DNA of 60,395 nucleotides, counting the filler, from Sluysia triapertura (taxonomy: Eukaryota), in assembly GCA_046118255.1 (NCBI GenBank). It is 5 parts of 5 records of this genome, joined end to end, with 100 filler letters (N's around TTAATTAATTAA, not from the genome) between each part and the next. Parts side by side here need not be neighbours in the genome. Positions count along the whole stretch, not along the records: positions 11,421 to 23,923 come from JBJNIA010103100.1; positions 24,024 to 34,905 come from JBJNIA010192063.1; 3 more parts are not named here. One strand, written 5' to 3'. Of this stretch, positions 11,421 to 24,513 are shown piece by piece (positions within the stretch are counted from its first letter, which is position 1; every line of letters begins with the position of its first letter). The notes under the pieces were generated by a model, which worked only from the letters and a program-made list of their open reading frames with translations, ran no database searches and was not told the origin of the DNA. The position numbers were made by a program, and so were the translations under genes.

Positions 11421-12706
11421 AGATAATTCAGCTGAATGAATATAACTCAAATAAGTTAAAACAAGAAGTTGGTGTGTTTTCTTTGCAACAAATAAAACCT
11501 AATAGTAATGCGACAGTTCATCGTTTGTTAACGATGCCTATTGGCGATTAAGTGATTTAGTGAATTTAATATTTATTTGAATTGAAACTCATGATTCATT
11601 ATAGAAGTATTATGAAAATTATTTAATGATATTGTTATTACTATTAGGTTTTACTACAGAACTGATATCAGAGAATCAGTAGTTTGATTATTAGTCATTA
11701 AATGATAATTATTTTTCGTTTTATTTATTCGTTATCAACGAAAGTAATGCGTTGCTAAACTCAGATTATAAATAATTGATTCCCAGCATCAAATAACCTC
11801 TCATTTTGTTACAAAATGGAATTATAAGTTTTCATCACAGCTGCTCAACACTTTATCAACAGCATTCTAAATTTTGGTTGCATTTGAACTTTTTAATCAG
11901 GCAAACACTCTCGAGGCCCTTGACAATGCCTCTCTGAGTAATTGTATAATGAATTCTGATAATATATGCTATTTTGTCTCATATCTCAGTCTTTCCAGTA
12001 GGTTTCCTTCCTTTTTTCGTCATAATTTCATTGTCAGATAGACCCTTATACATCTTCATGGCTAAATACCTTAGGCAATAGATAGAAATGTTCAGCGATG
12101 GACTTGTTATGGTTACATTCGTATGTGTCTTTGTTGCATCAAATTAACAAAACGAAACTATTAACTTTCTGAAACTATTTTATTATTATTTAAATTTATA
12201 AACTTTATTTCTTTGCTATTTATCGATCAATTTGTTAGAAAAATAAAATCATTTGAAATTATAATAAAATTTCATTATATAAAACTAATAGTTGAACTTT
12301 GTTTTAATAATTAGAATTTGTGTTGTAATCTACAAAATGTATATATGTACAATGAAATTTATTTGAATTTGCGATAGTTGAAACATGCTCCATTCATTCA
12401 TTTGATAAATCCACAATGTTTTTATTATGATGATAACTGTTATATACAGAAGATTGTTGATCGTCTTTGTATTTGTTGCAGCACAATACAGTAAGAACTT
12501 CCCGATGAAAAAGGACATTTAAAAGTTTAATGAATAATAATACGTTGATTACAAAACACATTTTTGTTATTACTATTCTACTTGCATCATTCAAAGATGA
12601 TTATTAGTAGTGTCTCAAATATTTGTGCGTTTTTTTTGTTGCAAAGAAAACACACCAACTTCTTGTTTTAACTTATTTGAGTTATATTCATTCAGCTGAA
12701 TTATCT
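11421..12706. repeat. Perfect 72-bp inverted repeats (11421-11492 / 12635-12706) enclosing ~1.14 kb
   Basis: agataattcagctgaatg...ctttgcaacaaa is the exact reverse complement of tttgttgcaaag...cattcagctgaattatct. Confidence 0.9.
11770..12100 (-). mobile_element. Internally deleted copy of the IS630/Tc1-like element at 26340-27020
   Basis: Reverse complement matches catcgctgaacatttctatc..gccatgaagatg..aagggtctatctga..gaaattat.acgaaaaaagg (~26420-26520) and aatgcaacc.aaatt.agaatgctgttg..gagcagc (~26894). Confidence 0.85.
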
Positions 12707-12774
12707 GTTTAAATCATTCCTTTTTCATTATCCTCATTAATATAAAGTGTGAGGTAGATAAAAATGAACATTTC

Positions 12775-12920
12775 CAGCATCTCCATTTTTCTGGTCTCAC
12801 ATTTGAAAACGAAGAAGCAATTGAAGAATTTTTCAACTAAAAGCCACCCATCTTCTTCAAACGTGGGATTGACAAAGTGTCAGAACGGTGGAAGGAAGTG
12901 ATCGATTGTGGCGAAGACTG
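12775..12920 (+). mobile_element. Mariner transposase C-terminal remnant
   Basis: FSGLTFENEEAIEEFFN*KPPIFFKRGIDKVSERWKEVIDCGED fits the mariner tail FF.SK...F...GI..L..RW..VI. Confidence 0.8.
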
Positions 12921-14649
12921 AGATATTTGTTTTTTCTAATGATTTAATAAATTCGTTTTGCTATCGGGAATTTTTATTCTTGATCAGTATATGCATTTTT
13001 CATAATTTAATAACCGCACGAAGTTAGTATATTTTATAAATTAAGGAATATTTTTCTATATCGGTGTAATACTTACTTAATTATTGGCTTTTTCACTGTA
13101 AGAAAAGAACAGTTATATCACAGAAATAAATAAGAAAACGGAATCATGACATAAATTATTTTTCATCCACCGAAATTATTGCTTTTTATAATAAAATTGA
13201 TTTTTTATTAATTATAAAAAATCAACTACGACAACTAGTACTATTACTGTTTCATAATAATAAATAAATAATAGGAATAATAATAATATTTATACGAGAC
13301 GATTTCCACATATCTTCTCAGTATTTTAATAAAGGTTTTATTAGATTAGCTTGATAAGTTGAACATGTTGCGTCAATATCTGGGTATAAATCCTTTTATT
13401 AACGCTCACTATCAATAATGAACAGTTAATCAATGTAGAAATATTTCGTAATTTAATTTATTACCCAAACATAAGGTCTTATAATTTTTAACAATATCGT
13501 TCTTTTGTATTATATTATTTTAATGTGTAATTTAGAAAATTTTAAATATTTGATTTATTAAATACATTAAATAACTCAATCCCTATAAATTAACTATGAC
13601 AATAATTGTTTTTCATTTTGTTACTGTGGTGAGTTCAACCCCACAGCGGCATATTTTACCTTCAAATCGTATCAGCAATCAACTACATATTTACGACTAC
13701 CTACTCTTTTATTCTCTAAATCCGTTATATATAACGGATGCTTATTGCAAATAATACTATTGTTTATACTATTAAAGCCAGCGTCATATTATTATTGTTA
13801 CTATTATCTCGTATCTTGTTATTTTATTATTGTTTCTTGTACTTGTTATCTTTATTAGTATCTGTTGATGGTTTTATAAATGATAGACGTTTGTTTATTA
13901 ATGCAAGTTATAATATTAATTATATCGGAATTATTTTAAAAAATTTGTTCTTAACTGTTTTCAACAATGTATTTGCATCAAATAATAGCACATTCAACGG
14001 CATCTGCAGAAAAACAATTGGGCCCCTCCTGTAACAACGATACCGACTGCTATAAAGGGTGTCATTACATCAATTATCATGCTTTTATGGAAATAAATAA
14101 ACACACGTTTACCACACGTGTGTTGCACACATCAGTTGAAAAGTACAATTTTAAATACTTATTTGTAATTAATCACTTAAATTGACGAACGTTGATGTTA
14201 GACTATTTTTAGATTGAAGTATTTACGTAAGTTTGCTACTAAAGTTGAATTAATATAGTGTGAAAACAATTATCAAAAAGTTGAACTGAACTATCATCTG
14301 TAGATTCTGAAATTATATTAAAGATTGTAAAATTTTGAAGTAGTCTAAACTTAATAATTCATTTTTTCTGATAAATCTAATTGTGCTTCAAAATCTACGA
14401 TTAATAACAATGGCGTACCAATTTTGAAGAGTCATAAAATTATAGTCATTGTTTACTTAATCATAAAGAAATTCAACATTTTTTTAAGGATACTATGAAA
14501 CTATTAATCAAAAGAGTATAAAACATTGTCACGGAAAATGTAAACTGTTGGAAATTCTGGTGAAAGTAAAATAATAGATCCAAAACATACAGAAATTTTA
14601 TTCATGTAAAGTGATAACACAATTTAGTATAAATCAAATATGTACAAAC

Positions 14650-14924
14650 TGTTGTATCAGTACTTTATTTGTTATCCAATAATTTCCTGATCCATAAAGG
14701 CATGCCACGGATGATCTTGGGGCACAAGTTTTTGATTTCGTCATCATGATGCCATACTTTATCAGGGTTTCAATAAGTTCCGTCCTGGTAGTTGGTTTAT
14801 GGATAGACACTGTCATTTTGACGATCTCACATATTTTCTATGGGATTCATGTCTGGAGAGTTTCCAAGTCTGTGTAGCAAATATTAAGAAAACCAAAGAA
14901 AAATATATTTGGCCACACTGTATA
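14650..14924 (-). mobile_element. Tc1-like transposase C-terminal remnant with one TIR
   Basis: Minus strand LGNSPDMNPIENM(W>stop)..KPTTRTELIETLIK/VWHHD..IIRGMP; TA-CAGTGTGGCCAA end at ~14909-14923. Confidence 0.8.
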
Positions 14925-15299
14925 CCGAAACCGAATATTACCCGTTACTATTGTATAGTAAAATAAATCGACTTGCAAAAGGTGTAGTACATTCGAAACT
15001 ATCATTAATCACTTTCTAGTTCCTGTTAAAATAAAAGTATTTCCAGAAATTAGTTGTAATGAAGATTTAGCGAAAAAATACAATTTTAATGACAATGATA
15101 GTAGTTCGAATGCTTAAATTTCGAATCACAAAATAGCTTTTAATGCCAGAATGTTTAAAGACAGTGGAAATTGTTTTTTGAAGTACAATACTCACGAATA
15201 ATATGAATAAAATAATGTTATGACTTCTCTAGATAAAATAAAAAACAATCAATTACTAATAAATCAATAATAGAACTACTTAATATTGTTTTCGTTCAG

Positions 15300-15449
15300 G
15301 GTTTAATTCTATCGAAAGAAATTGGAGCTGTAAAGTATTTGGAATGTTCAGCATTAACTCAGACTGGTTTAAAAAACGTATTCGATGAAGCCATTAGAGC
15401 AGTTCTTTGTCCTAAACCACAACGGAAGAAGAAGTGCCAGTTTATTTGA
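15300..15449 (+). CDS. rac1: Rac-family Rho GTPase, last coding exon
   Basis: ttcgttcag| acceptor; [49 protein letters not shown], near identical to the Rac1 C-terminus with polybasic region and CAAX. No upstream exons seen in this segment. Confidence 0.93.
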   Translation, partial: GLILSKEIGAVKYLECSALTQTGLKNVFDEAIRAVLCPKPQRKKKCQFI

Positions 15450-15755
15450 AATGTCTGTGTTTGTATTAAATATATTATGTACATTCATTGTTGTGCGTAA
15501 TGATTGATATATAACGGAAGATGGATCTTATGTAATATGGGGATCTAGAAACTGCAATAATAATAATAATGCACATTGGTTATAATTGTTATTGTACTCC
15601 GAAATTATCTTTTATTATAATTAAATATCTTTGAAATTTGATTGTTGATGCTATTACAATGAATTATAATAAACGAAATACTCCTCAATCAGCGATTATC
15701 TTTTCATTAAATATGTATTTGGAATTTATTTTGGAGGTACATTTTGATTTTTCTA

Positions 15756-15780
15756 ACTACTACTATTATTATTATTATTA

Positions 15781-15836
<56 letters not shown>
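15756..15836. repeat. (TAC/TAT)n microsatellite
   Basis: Direct reading. Confidence 0.95.
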
Positions 15837-15837
<1 letters not shown>

Positions 15838-18800
15838 ACCATTCTTTAATTGACAGAATGCAGTTGAAGTTGGTGTTTTTATTGTTTATAATGTATTTTT
15901 AAATTGCAGATTTCTAATTATGATTTTTGATGGAAAATAATTTTTATAATTTCAATATTTTTAATATTTTTCAGTGAATCGAATATTTTATGTGTTATAT
16001 GATGGCTACAAAATGTTTTGATCGAAAATGTAGTAATATATGATGTATAAATGATTAATATGTACTTTGATTTGATGATGATGATTATTATTTTAAAATC
16101 AATTGTTGCTATTTCCTATTCGTGTATGTAGGAAAAATATTTCAAAATTTGAAAAGATCATAAAAAGTACAAAGATGTTCAATAATTTCTAAACGAATTA
16201 AAATGCTTCTAATTATAAATATATTAAATTAATGCTAGACCACGGTTAAGGGGATCAAATGTCCACTATTATTAAGCCGGTTATAATTTTAAAAATTTAA
16301 TTTGATATCCAGAAGCTCAATGTTAATAGCATTAATTTATTTAATAAACCCCTAAAGTTATGATGTCAGATTAATCAGTAATAGTAATATAATTATGGCA
16401 TGCTTATTTGAGTTTGCAAAATACAAATATTCCTAAGAAAACAGTAACTTCTCGATAGAGCTCATTATAATATATTTAATTATATAACCGAGCCATGACA
16501 GCGATAGTTAATTGCGATTTAGCTGTCAATTTTATAAATTAGGTTCATATGTGTCAACTTAAAATGCTTCTAATTATAAATATACTTTATTAACGATTAT
16601 CATTATTTATATGTATCGCTGAAAACAACGGACTTCTTCTTGGAGTACAATACATAGTAAAATTTGTATTTTATAATAATTATTAGACTTATTTAAATTT
16701 TAATTTAGAACTGTACTTTTGTAATTTCTAAATAATTTTTGTGATTGTTGTATTTTTGTTATTGTTTTGAAATATTTTTCTAATATTTATATCAAACTAC
16801 TGGTAGGAGAAAATGTTAAAATCATTTTTTACTGAATTAAAAATCCTATATAAAATATACATAAGCGAAATCGCTTAAAATAGTTTAATTGTCTTAATTT
16901 TGAAACGTTGGACCGCTTTTTCCTGAAGAAAATGTTTCAATATCTCAATAAAAACGAGGCTTTTTATTGATTTAAATAAAGAATTAACCTTTGTTACACA
17001 ACAAAACTTGTTCAATAAACGTAACATTTTGTGCAATTTTTGTACAATGTTTTAAAGTGATAAATTTAAAAAGTTAATACCTTTTTGAAAGATAATACCT
17101 TTCGTTTTATGATTAATAAAATAACTTTTCTTTGGAAAATGCAATTTTTGTATTCTGTACTTTGCTTCTTAATTTTATTTGTTAGGTGCAATATTAAACA
17201 TTAACAGTTAGCAAAAGAAAACGAGTAACAAAATAAAACCGCATAATTAAAGTTTTACTCATGATTTAATTTAAAAAGTATTCAGTTTTCTTGTAGTATT
17301 TGATTATATGATGACAATTCTTTTGTTTTAACAGTGATTATTTTTAAATATTGTACACTTTCAACTGATAAACGATTTTCAGAAACGAAATTAAAAATAA
17401 AATAAATTGATACATTCATTACCGATATTTACCCTGATAAAAAATTTTGTTAATATTTGTATGTGTTTGGTTTGTAAGTTGAATAAAAACTGTTGAAATA
17501 TATTTAGGTGACATTATTTTTTTCATTATGCGAATTTTAAATATGTAGAGTGTTAGTACAACAATCAATTTATGAAATTTTTGTGATTTTCAAGGTTATT
17601 TTAAAACCTTAATTTATATAAACATTTTTTGATTAAAAATGCGATTTTAATATAGAATTTGTAAAACTCTATCAATCTTATTTATGATGTTTCTATGTAC
17701 TGCAAATATTTTATTTGTATTATTATATAAGTATGCATGTATGTGCAATATATTAATTTTTATTCTTTTTTAAATGATTTTGTAATGTTTTTATATATTT
17801 GCAATAATTAAAGAGTAAAATAAATATCACAATAAAAACTTAAATAACCACCATAATAAAACAAATAAAATGTAGTCAATTAATTGCTACAAGAATAATA
17901 GATTTAATCACAGTATCTGCCACTGTTGCATTAAAATAGCCTTATAGCAGAATAACTCCATATATTGCTTTACGGCTTACCAAAGATATAACAAACTCAA
18001 ATATAAATTATCTTAAAATTTTTACTTTGATATTTATTCAATTAAGCCATGACGGTTTTAAAATTCAAATTAATAAGACTAACAATAATTTAATCACGAA
18101 ATCAAAATACAAATTATTATTAGTTTATAATTTCATAATAATAATATAAACTAATCAACTAGTAATAACTAAAAAAATATAATATTAAAAATTAAACTGC
18201 AATGTTAATGCAATTATTTAATCAACGAACCAGGTATAAGTTGCTAATTTAAGTATAATTATATGTCATATATGAATATTAATGTTAAAATATTAAATGT
18301 GAATTCACCAAAACATGTGTGACTATTATAATATATATGTATGATGTATAAATATTGAAATCTGTTTCAATTACGGAGAATCCCTAAAAATATAGAATTT
18401 ATTTTAACTATATTAATATTTATTTAAAATATAAAATAACATTAAAAGTATTATCCATGCATGGTTTTTCTTTAGTTGTGCAAAAAGTTTTTAAGTGTTC
18501 CTTTTTATACTTTTGTGTCATCCAATAATTCCCAAATCAGAAATTACTTTTACACAAGTCTCTTTTGGAGATTAGACCGACCATAATAATTTTGACAATT
18601 ATTTAACACTACATGCCAGCAGAACATAAAAATTCAAATAACAGCCAACCATTATTTTTCTTCTACTCTACTCGATCTATTTTTTCATAAATTACATCTT
18701 AAAATTAAAATAACATTAAAACAACAAGTATTAGTACTTAACATAGTCAATATACTTAATAATAATGAATTTAACCTTAGTTTTTGGATTTCAACCAATT

Positions 18801-19099
18801 TTTAATTCATCACACTCAATTTTCAAATGGAAAATGTTTAAGATTGTTCTATTCCCAAATATTCCAAACTCATTTTCCGATTCTCCTATTTTATAGCAGT
18901 CACTCCATACCTAATTCATTATCTCTATATCTTTCTAAATATGAAAATTTCATCATTTTTTAATTAAAAATTAATTAAAATTCGACTTTGTTCTATATGG
19001 AGGCTTTCCTTGCATTCCCCATTTAAAAGTTATTCCCAAAAAGTAAATTTTTTAATTAATTAATTGTTTTAATTTTATTTTATGTTTAAAGGTTTTACT

Positions 19100-19576
19100 A
19101 TGATTACAAAATTGTTACGTATTTTATAAGGTACTCAGGGATTCTAGATGTTTCACTTTCACTACTGTGATTCCTTTTTCTACTTTTTAATGTTAATTAT
19201 TAATATATCGAAATTATCTTTAATATCATCAACCATGATTTTAATTCTTGAACATTTTAAAGGTTCCAAATATTTTACAATACTAATCGAAGATCTCAAA
19301 GGTTTTGCTAAGGTCTCAAAGTTCAGAAGTTCAAAGTTATCTTCATACTTCAAGATATCTTTCCATACCTTACTTAAGTCTTCATAAAGGTCTCAATACC
19401 CTACAAAGGTCTTTGGAACTCCAACATGACTATAAACATCATCATTCTTGCTTTAGCAATATTTAATTATGTTTATATTATTATATTTTAGATGTTTTCT
19501 ATCACTTTTTCTTACAACGTTTAAATTCTCTAACCTTTTAATCTATTTTCTACTAATTAACTGGGCAATCCCAACA
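19100..19576 (-). mobile_element. Dispersed repeat family B, copy 2 (probable LTR; minus strand starts TGTTGGGATTGCCC)
   Basis: Similarity to 480-946; TG start on the minus strand at 19576. Confidence 0.55.
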
Positions 19577-19639
19577 CTATGTATATTTTTTAAAGTACGT
19601 TTTAAGAAATATTATCGAGTAATTATCCATAGATGAGTT

Positions 19640-21061
19640 TTGTGACAAACTGTTATCTAATTCAAAATATTAAAGTGATTATAGCAATACTTATTTAAAT
19701 ATTACATCAATTTAAATTGAAAATGCATTTGATCAAATGTAAAGCTATTATTTCAATAACTTTTGAAACAGTAAGTCACACACATCAATTTCAATAACAT
19801 CTTTTAGTAAGGATTAATTTGATATATACTTTTACGACGTATGATTATTATAACAAATTTAAAAGAAAATTACTGAAAATTAACTAATCTGTATCGATGT
19901 GTATCGAACCTCGGTGTTTATAAAACCGATAAATTTCAGTATTTATGCTACTCACTCTAATACTCATATCATGCAGTAGGCTATTGAGTCGAAATGATTT
20001 TAATTACCAAATGTATTTTTTCATATATTTGCTGTGGTTTTTCTAATACTTAACCTACGGCAAAATATTTTTTAGCAGGGTTCGGTTACAGTAAGCGTCT
20101 TACAACGTATCGTTGGCACTCCTGTAACAAATAAGTTAAAGATTACTTAAAAATAAAGTCTCTGCAAAATAAATTAACTTAAGAGGGTCTTTAACTACTA
20201 AATAAACGTAATAATTTATTAATTAATGAACACAAGAATTAAATTAATCTATTTAGCAAAAATTTACAAAAGACTTGTCAAATGTATAGAAATTAGTGTA
20301 AAGAAATAAAAATAACTAGATATTATTAGAGATTAAAGCTCCTAGAGCGTTTAATCTAATCTTGACCAAAAATTTACGTGGATTTTACCCCTCAATATAT
20401 CGGGGACTTACAAAACTTTCTAAATCAATAAATAATTTGAGTGAATTTTAGGAATCTAACTTTAAAAAGTTAAAATCGAACCTTAACAATATATAAATTA
20501 CCAAATTACTGATCTTTTTCCAAATTCCAGTATTATCGGGATGAATTTGATTGTACAAAATTCCAATTGAATCACATAACTAAAATGATGAATGTTGAAT
20601 AACTGATTAATTGCAAATGGCCGCTTAAATTGCTAAAATGAAAAATGACTGATTGATTAAACAATGACTGCTAAATTAAAAAATGGCCACTTAATTGAAC
20701 AATGGCGATTTTCATTGTATGATGCCAGTTTTTATACTAGTCATCATCCAATGAAAATCGATGGAATGTTCTAGAAGCTTCTAATTTATTTTTAGAAGCT
20801 TATTTTCTATTTTCGAAATTCCATTTTCTTTTTTGGCAAAAATAATTTCTTTTCTAGAAAATATTTTCTTTTTTGGAAAATAAATTTTCTTTTTTGGAAA
20901 ATAATTGTTTTTCGAGTAATTTTATAAGTTAATAATTGATTTTAAAATATTTTATATATTTTTAATTAATTTTTTGTCAATTCTAAATATTTTAAATTAA
21001 TTTTAGGCTAATATTTTATCATTTTTAAATCATTTTAGAGGGTTGTGATGACAACCTAACA
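19640..21061 (-). mobile_element. LTR-like repeat family A, copy 1 (probable solo LTR)
   Basis: Minus strand starts TGTTAGGTTGTCATCACAACCC at 21061; shares the terminus, promoter block and the gcagggttcggttacagtaagcgtcttacaac motif with the 33075 and 45232 copies. Distal boundary uncertain. Confidence 0.75.
20729..20782 (-). promoter_or_regulatory. HSE (4 perfect units) + CCAAT + TATA in LTR family A
   Basis: gGAAtgTTCtaGAAgcTTCt at 20763-20782; ccaat 20748-20752; tttttata 20729-20736 (TATAAAAA on minus). Confidence 0.7.
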
Positions 21062-22091
21062 ATTTCAAACTCACTATGCATCTATGCATAATCATCAAAA
21101 ACTCAGTACAAAAACACCAAAAACATCAAATAAACAAACCACACAAAAAATTGTACAATAACATCTTAAATATACCAAGAGTTGTATTGTAATTGTTCTT
21201 TTAGATCCATTAAATTACAATCTTCTCAAATAAGCCTTTATCCATGATATTTCAATACGTAAACATTGATTTTCAAATATAAAATTCAATCAATATCGAA
21301 GAACTTATTCTAGCATTCTTTATTTCACTTCAAGACTCATATCAATTACTATATCTTTAAGGGTTAATTATATTTATCAATTCTTTTGAAACAATTATCA
21401 CTCAGGAATTTAATGAAAACCCTATACAGTTTCAAATAATTTATTTTTATACAACGAAATAACAACTATAACTCGAGCATAGCGTTCCCTATTATCGCCG
21501 CTATTTCGTTCAATTTTATCAATTTTCATTTATTTTATTTTCATATTTTAAGAAGACTGTGTAAGAATAAAGAAAGATTGTGTATTATTTTTTTAAAGAA
21601 GATTTATTTATTATTTTATATTTTTTCATTTTATTAATAATAATAATAATAACAATATTGTTAATGTTATTATTACTATTATCAATTACTAAATTAAATT
21701 TTATTAAAATATTTTATAATCACAAAACTAGTTGCTGCCACCACCAGTTTTGACACTACTCATCACAATTTTCATTAACGTGTCAACACTGATGTTGGCC
21801 AATCATCAGCAATCACATTTTTCAATGATAAATCCAATTTTCTAACCATCTTCCAATCAGGACCAATATTACTGATTTGTTTTTTTTGAAGCCCTGATTA
21901 GATGACCAACCACATTCTTGAAGGCTGAAAATATTACCTAAAAATAAAAATACAAAGGCTGACCAATCACAATTTATTAGTACGAATTAAAAAACAATCA
22001 TTCCAGAGAACAATTTTAAGACAGTTATTTAAAAATCCAATATTGAGGTAATAAAATTTCAAGCAAAAAAACAGACATAACAAATAAATAA

Positions 22092-23400
22092 ATGTCTCTT
22101 GCGAATCGCCGTTTTGAACCTACATTAGTTGTTAACGTCGTCGTTCTAACCAGTGTAAAAAATAATCTACAATATGTTGTTCAAGCTGAGTTATTAAAGT
22201 TCCTAAAACAGTTATCATGTTTACCATTAAAAGTTAATGAAAATTTTAGCGAATATACAGATTCATATGATCAAGTATTAAATATAGTTACATTTCCCGA
22301 AACAAAAATTGATGTGGTATCCAGTGATATTGAAAATGATAAAGTTTACATTTATAAATTAAATACTGTAAATGAAGAGCGAATTGAAAATAGTCAACGA
22401 CCATATTGCATTGATGTTATATCTAATGAATTACAGAACCTACAGGATATATGTATTTCCATAATTGTTATTTCAGATTACCGTTTGTAATGTTCAGATA
22501 TTCTCTGTGAAATTATACGATTATGTTTTAATAATTCACAATCATTATCGCGTTCTGCACACAACAATTTAACTATCCAAGCTTATTGACGTTATAGTCA
22601 ATCTAATCTAAAAGATTATCTACAAAATCTTCATGTATTTTCATCAAAAATAATTTTAGTAAGTCGACGAGCTATATCTCAAGTCTCGTTAGCATTGTCA
22701 CACTCAGAATTCTCTGGCTCTACACATCATGATCTTTGGCAAATACCACGTAGTATCGAAGAGTACAAAATAATCATCGATGTTCATTCAGTACGAAAGT
22801 CATATAAATTCACTCATGATCACTATACATCAGAATTGTTTAGTTTTAGTTTTGCTAATTACTCAATTGATCACCAAATTATTAATGTCACTTAGTACTG
22901 TCTTATACAAATTTATGTTAGAAGGACCAATTTTTGTTGTTTAAGATATCAATCATTATTTAATTCAAACAACCCATTTTAAAGATTTGTTGGGCAATTG
23001 GTGGAGTCAATATATAACAATGATTGACAAATACGTCGAAAAGGATATTATTGATAAATTATTCGATATCGAAAGAATGTTATTAGTTGCAAATTACTCA
23101 TACTCTAAATCTATCAATATGTATAAATATAATATGGTTATATTTTCGTCAATAAAGAATGCAGTTAATTTAATAGGGAAATTAGTCAGAAAGATGATAC
23201 ATTAGGTATGGATCAATGGCGAATACTAAGAGATCATTACCTTGTCCGGCAATTATATTCTTTGGGTGATCAACTACGGATGACATTCATCAAAACCTTA
23301 GTTATTACAAGATATTCGATTGTAAATATAAAACAAGGATCCGCGAACTACAATGTGGTACAGCAACAAGTTTTATGATAATAATTTTGGCATTACAAGG
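22092..23400 (+). pseudogene. Disrupted, apparently intronless ORF of unknown family
   Basis: One frame runs 22092-22895 with only two internal stops (ORFs 22092 and 22695 are in the same frame), then continues in shifted frames (22987-23205 onward). Confidence 0.4.
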
Positions 23401-23923
23401 AAATTTAAAATATATCATAGATGTCATTATATGTTCAATAAAATCTTTTATTTTATTTGTTATAAAGATTTTATTAATCCTATAAAAAAGTTAAGTTAGT
23501 ATTCCTTGAAATCAAATGTGTGAACAATAATATAGATAATAGAAATAATTGTAAAAATAATAAACTAATGCCTTTTAAATCATTTGATAATAAGTTTAAC
23601 CATATTTATCTTATCTTAATAATTTCCGTCCCTACAGCGTCAAAAATCGAATTTATACTTCGTACGAGCATAATCTATAATAAAACTGCACTATTTAATT
23701 TAAAAATAAACAACAGACTCTTTCTAATACTCGGTCGAACAAATACACCACCAAACCGATGTCAGCTGAACATTATAGACAAATTGGTATCTAGCTTTAA
23801 ACATTACAAAACTTCTAAACAGATACTAGTTCTTCTGTTCTAGTATTATTCTGTTCTATGTTATTCATTTCTAATTGATTATGTATTTGCGCATCATTCG
23901 CGAATACCATATATATATATATA

Positions 23924-24023
23924 NNNNNNNNNNNNNNNNNNNNNNNNNNNNNNNNNNNNNNNNNNNNTTAATTAATTAANNNNNNNNNNNNNNNNNNNNN
24001 NNNNNNNNNNNNNNNNNNNNNNN
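23924..24023. other. Artificial contig linker
   Basis: N44-TTAATTAATTAA-N44. Confidence 0.98.
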
Positions 24024-24033
24024 CGCAGATCTA

Positions 24034-24513
24034 GTGGAAGATACAGATGGTGTTTACGACTTAAAGAAAATATCAATAGTAAATTTTTATCCTTTTTATT
24101 TCTACGGTTATTTTAACCATATATCTTATTTAGAATTGTGTTGCAGAACTGATTTCAACGACAAGCCTAAAAATGCATCCCAGAAGATGTCTATCTATAG
24201 CAGATCAGTTTTCGAATTGTTTAAATTTATGAACCAATCTTTTAAATTATTCAGTATGTCAATAAATATTGGTTTTTTAGTGTTTACTAAACCTTCATTT
24301 AATAAAAGTGTCTCTAAATACGAAAAATTTGAATTTTTTGAAATGATAAAAGATTTTACGACTTATGTCGCCCTCAGTAGTCTAATAATTAAAATTTACT
24401 ATTCGGTAATTCAGACGAGATTGTCGACATATAGATGTCGCAAGTTCAGACAGTTAAAATTTTTAAACGACACAAAAAAGTTAGGGATTCTTAAAATTTT
24501 ACGTTCCAACTGA
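24034..24513 (+). mobile_element. Degenerate non-LTR retrotransposon (LINE) RT/thumb fragment
   Basis: FYPFYF..YFN (LSPxLF..Y-like), MSIYSRS..L..FKLFSMSIN (post-YADD segment), IIKIYYSVIQTRL and KKLGILKI (LINE thumb region). Confidence 0.5.
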
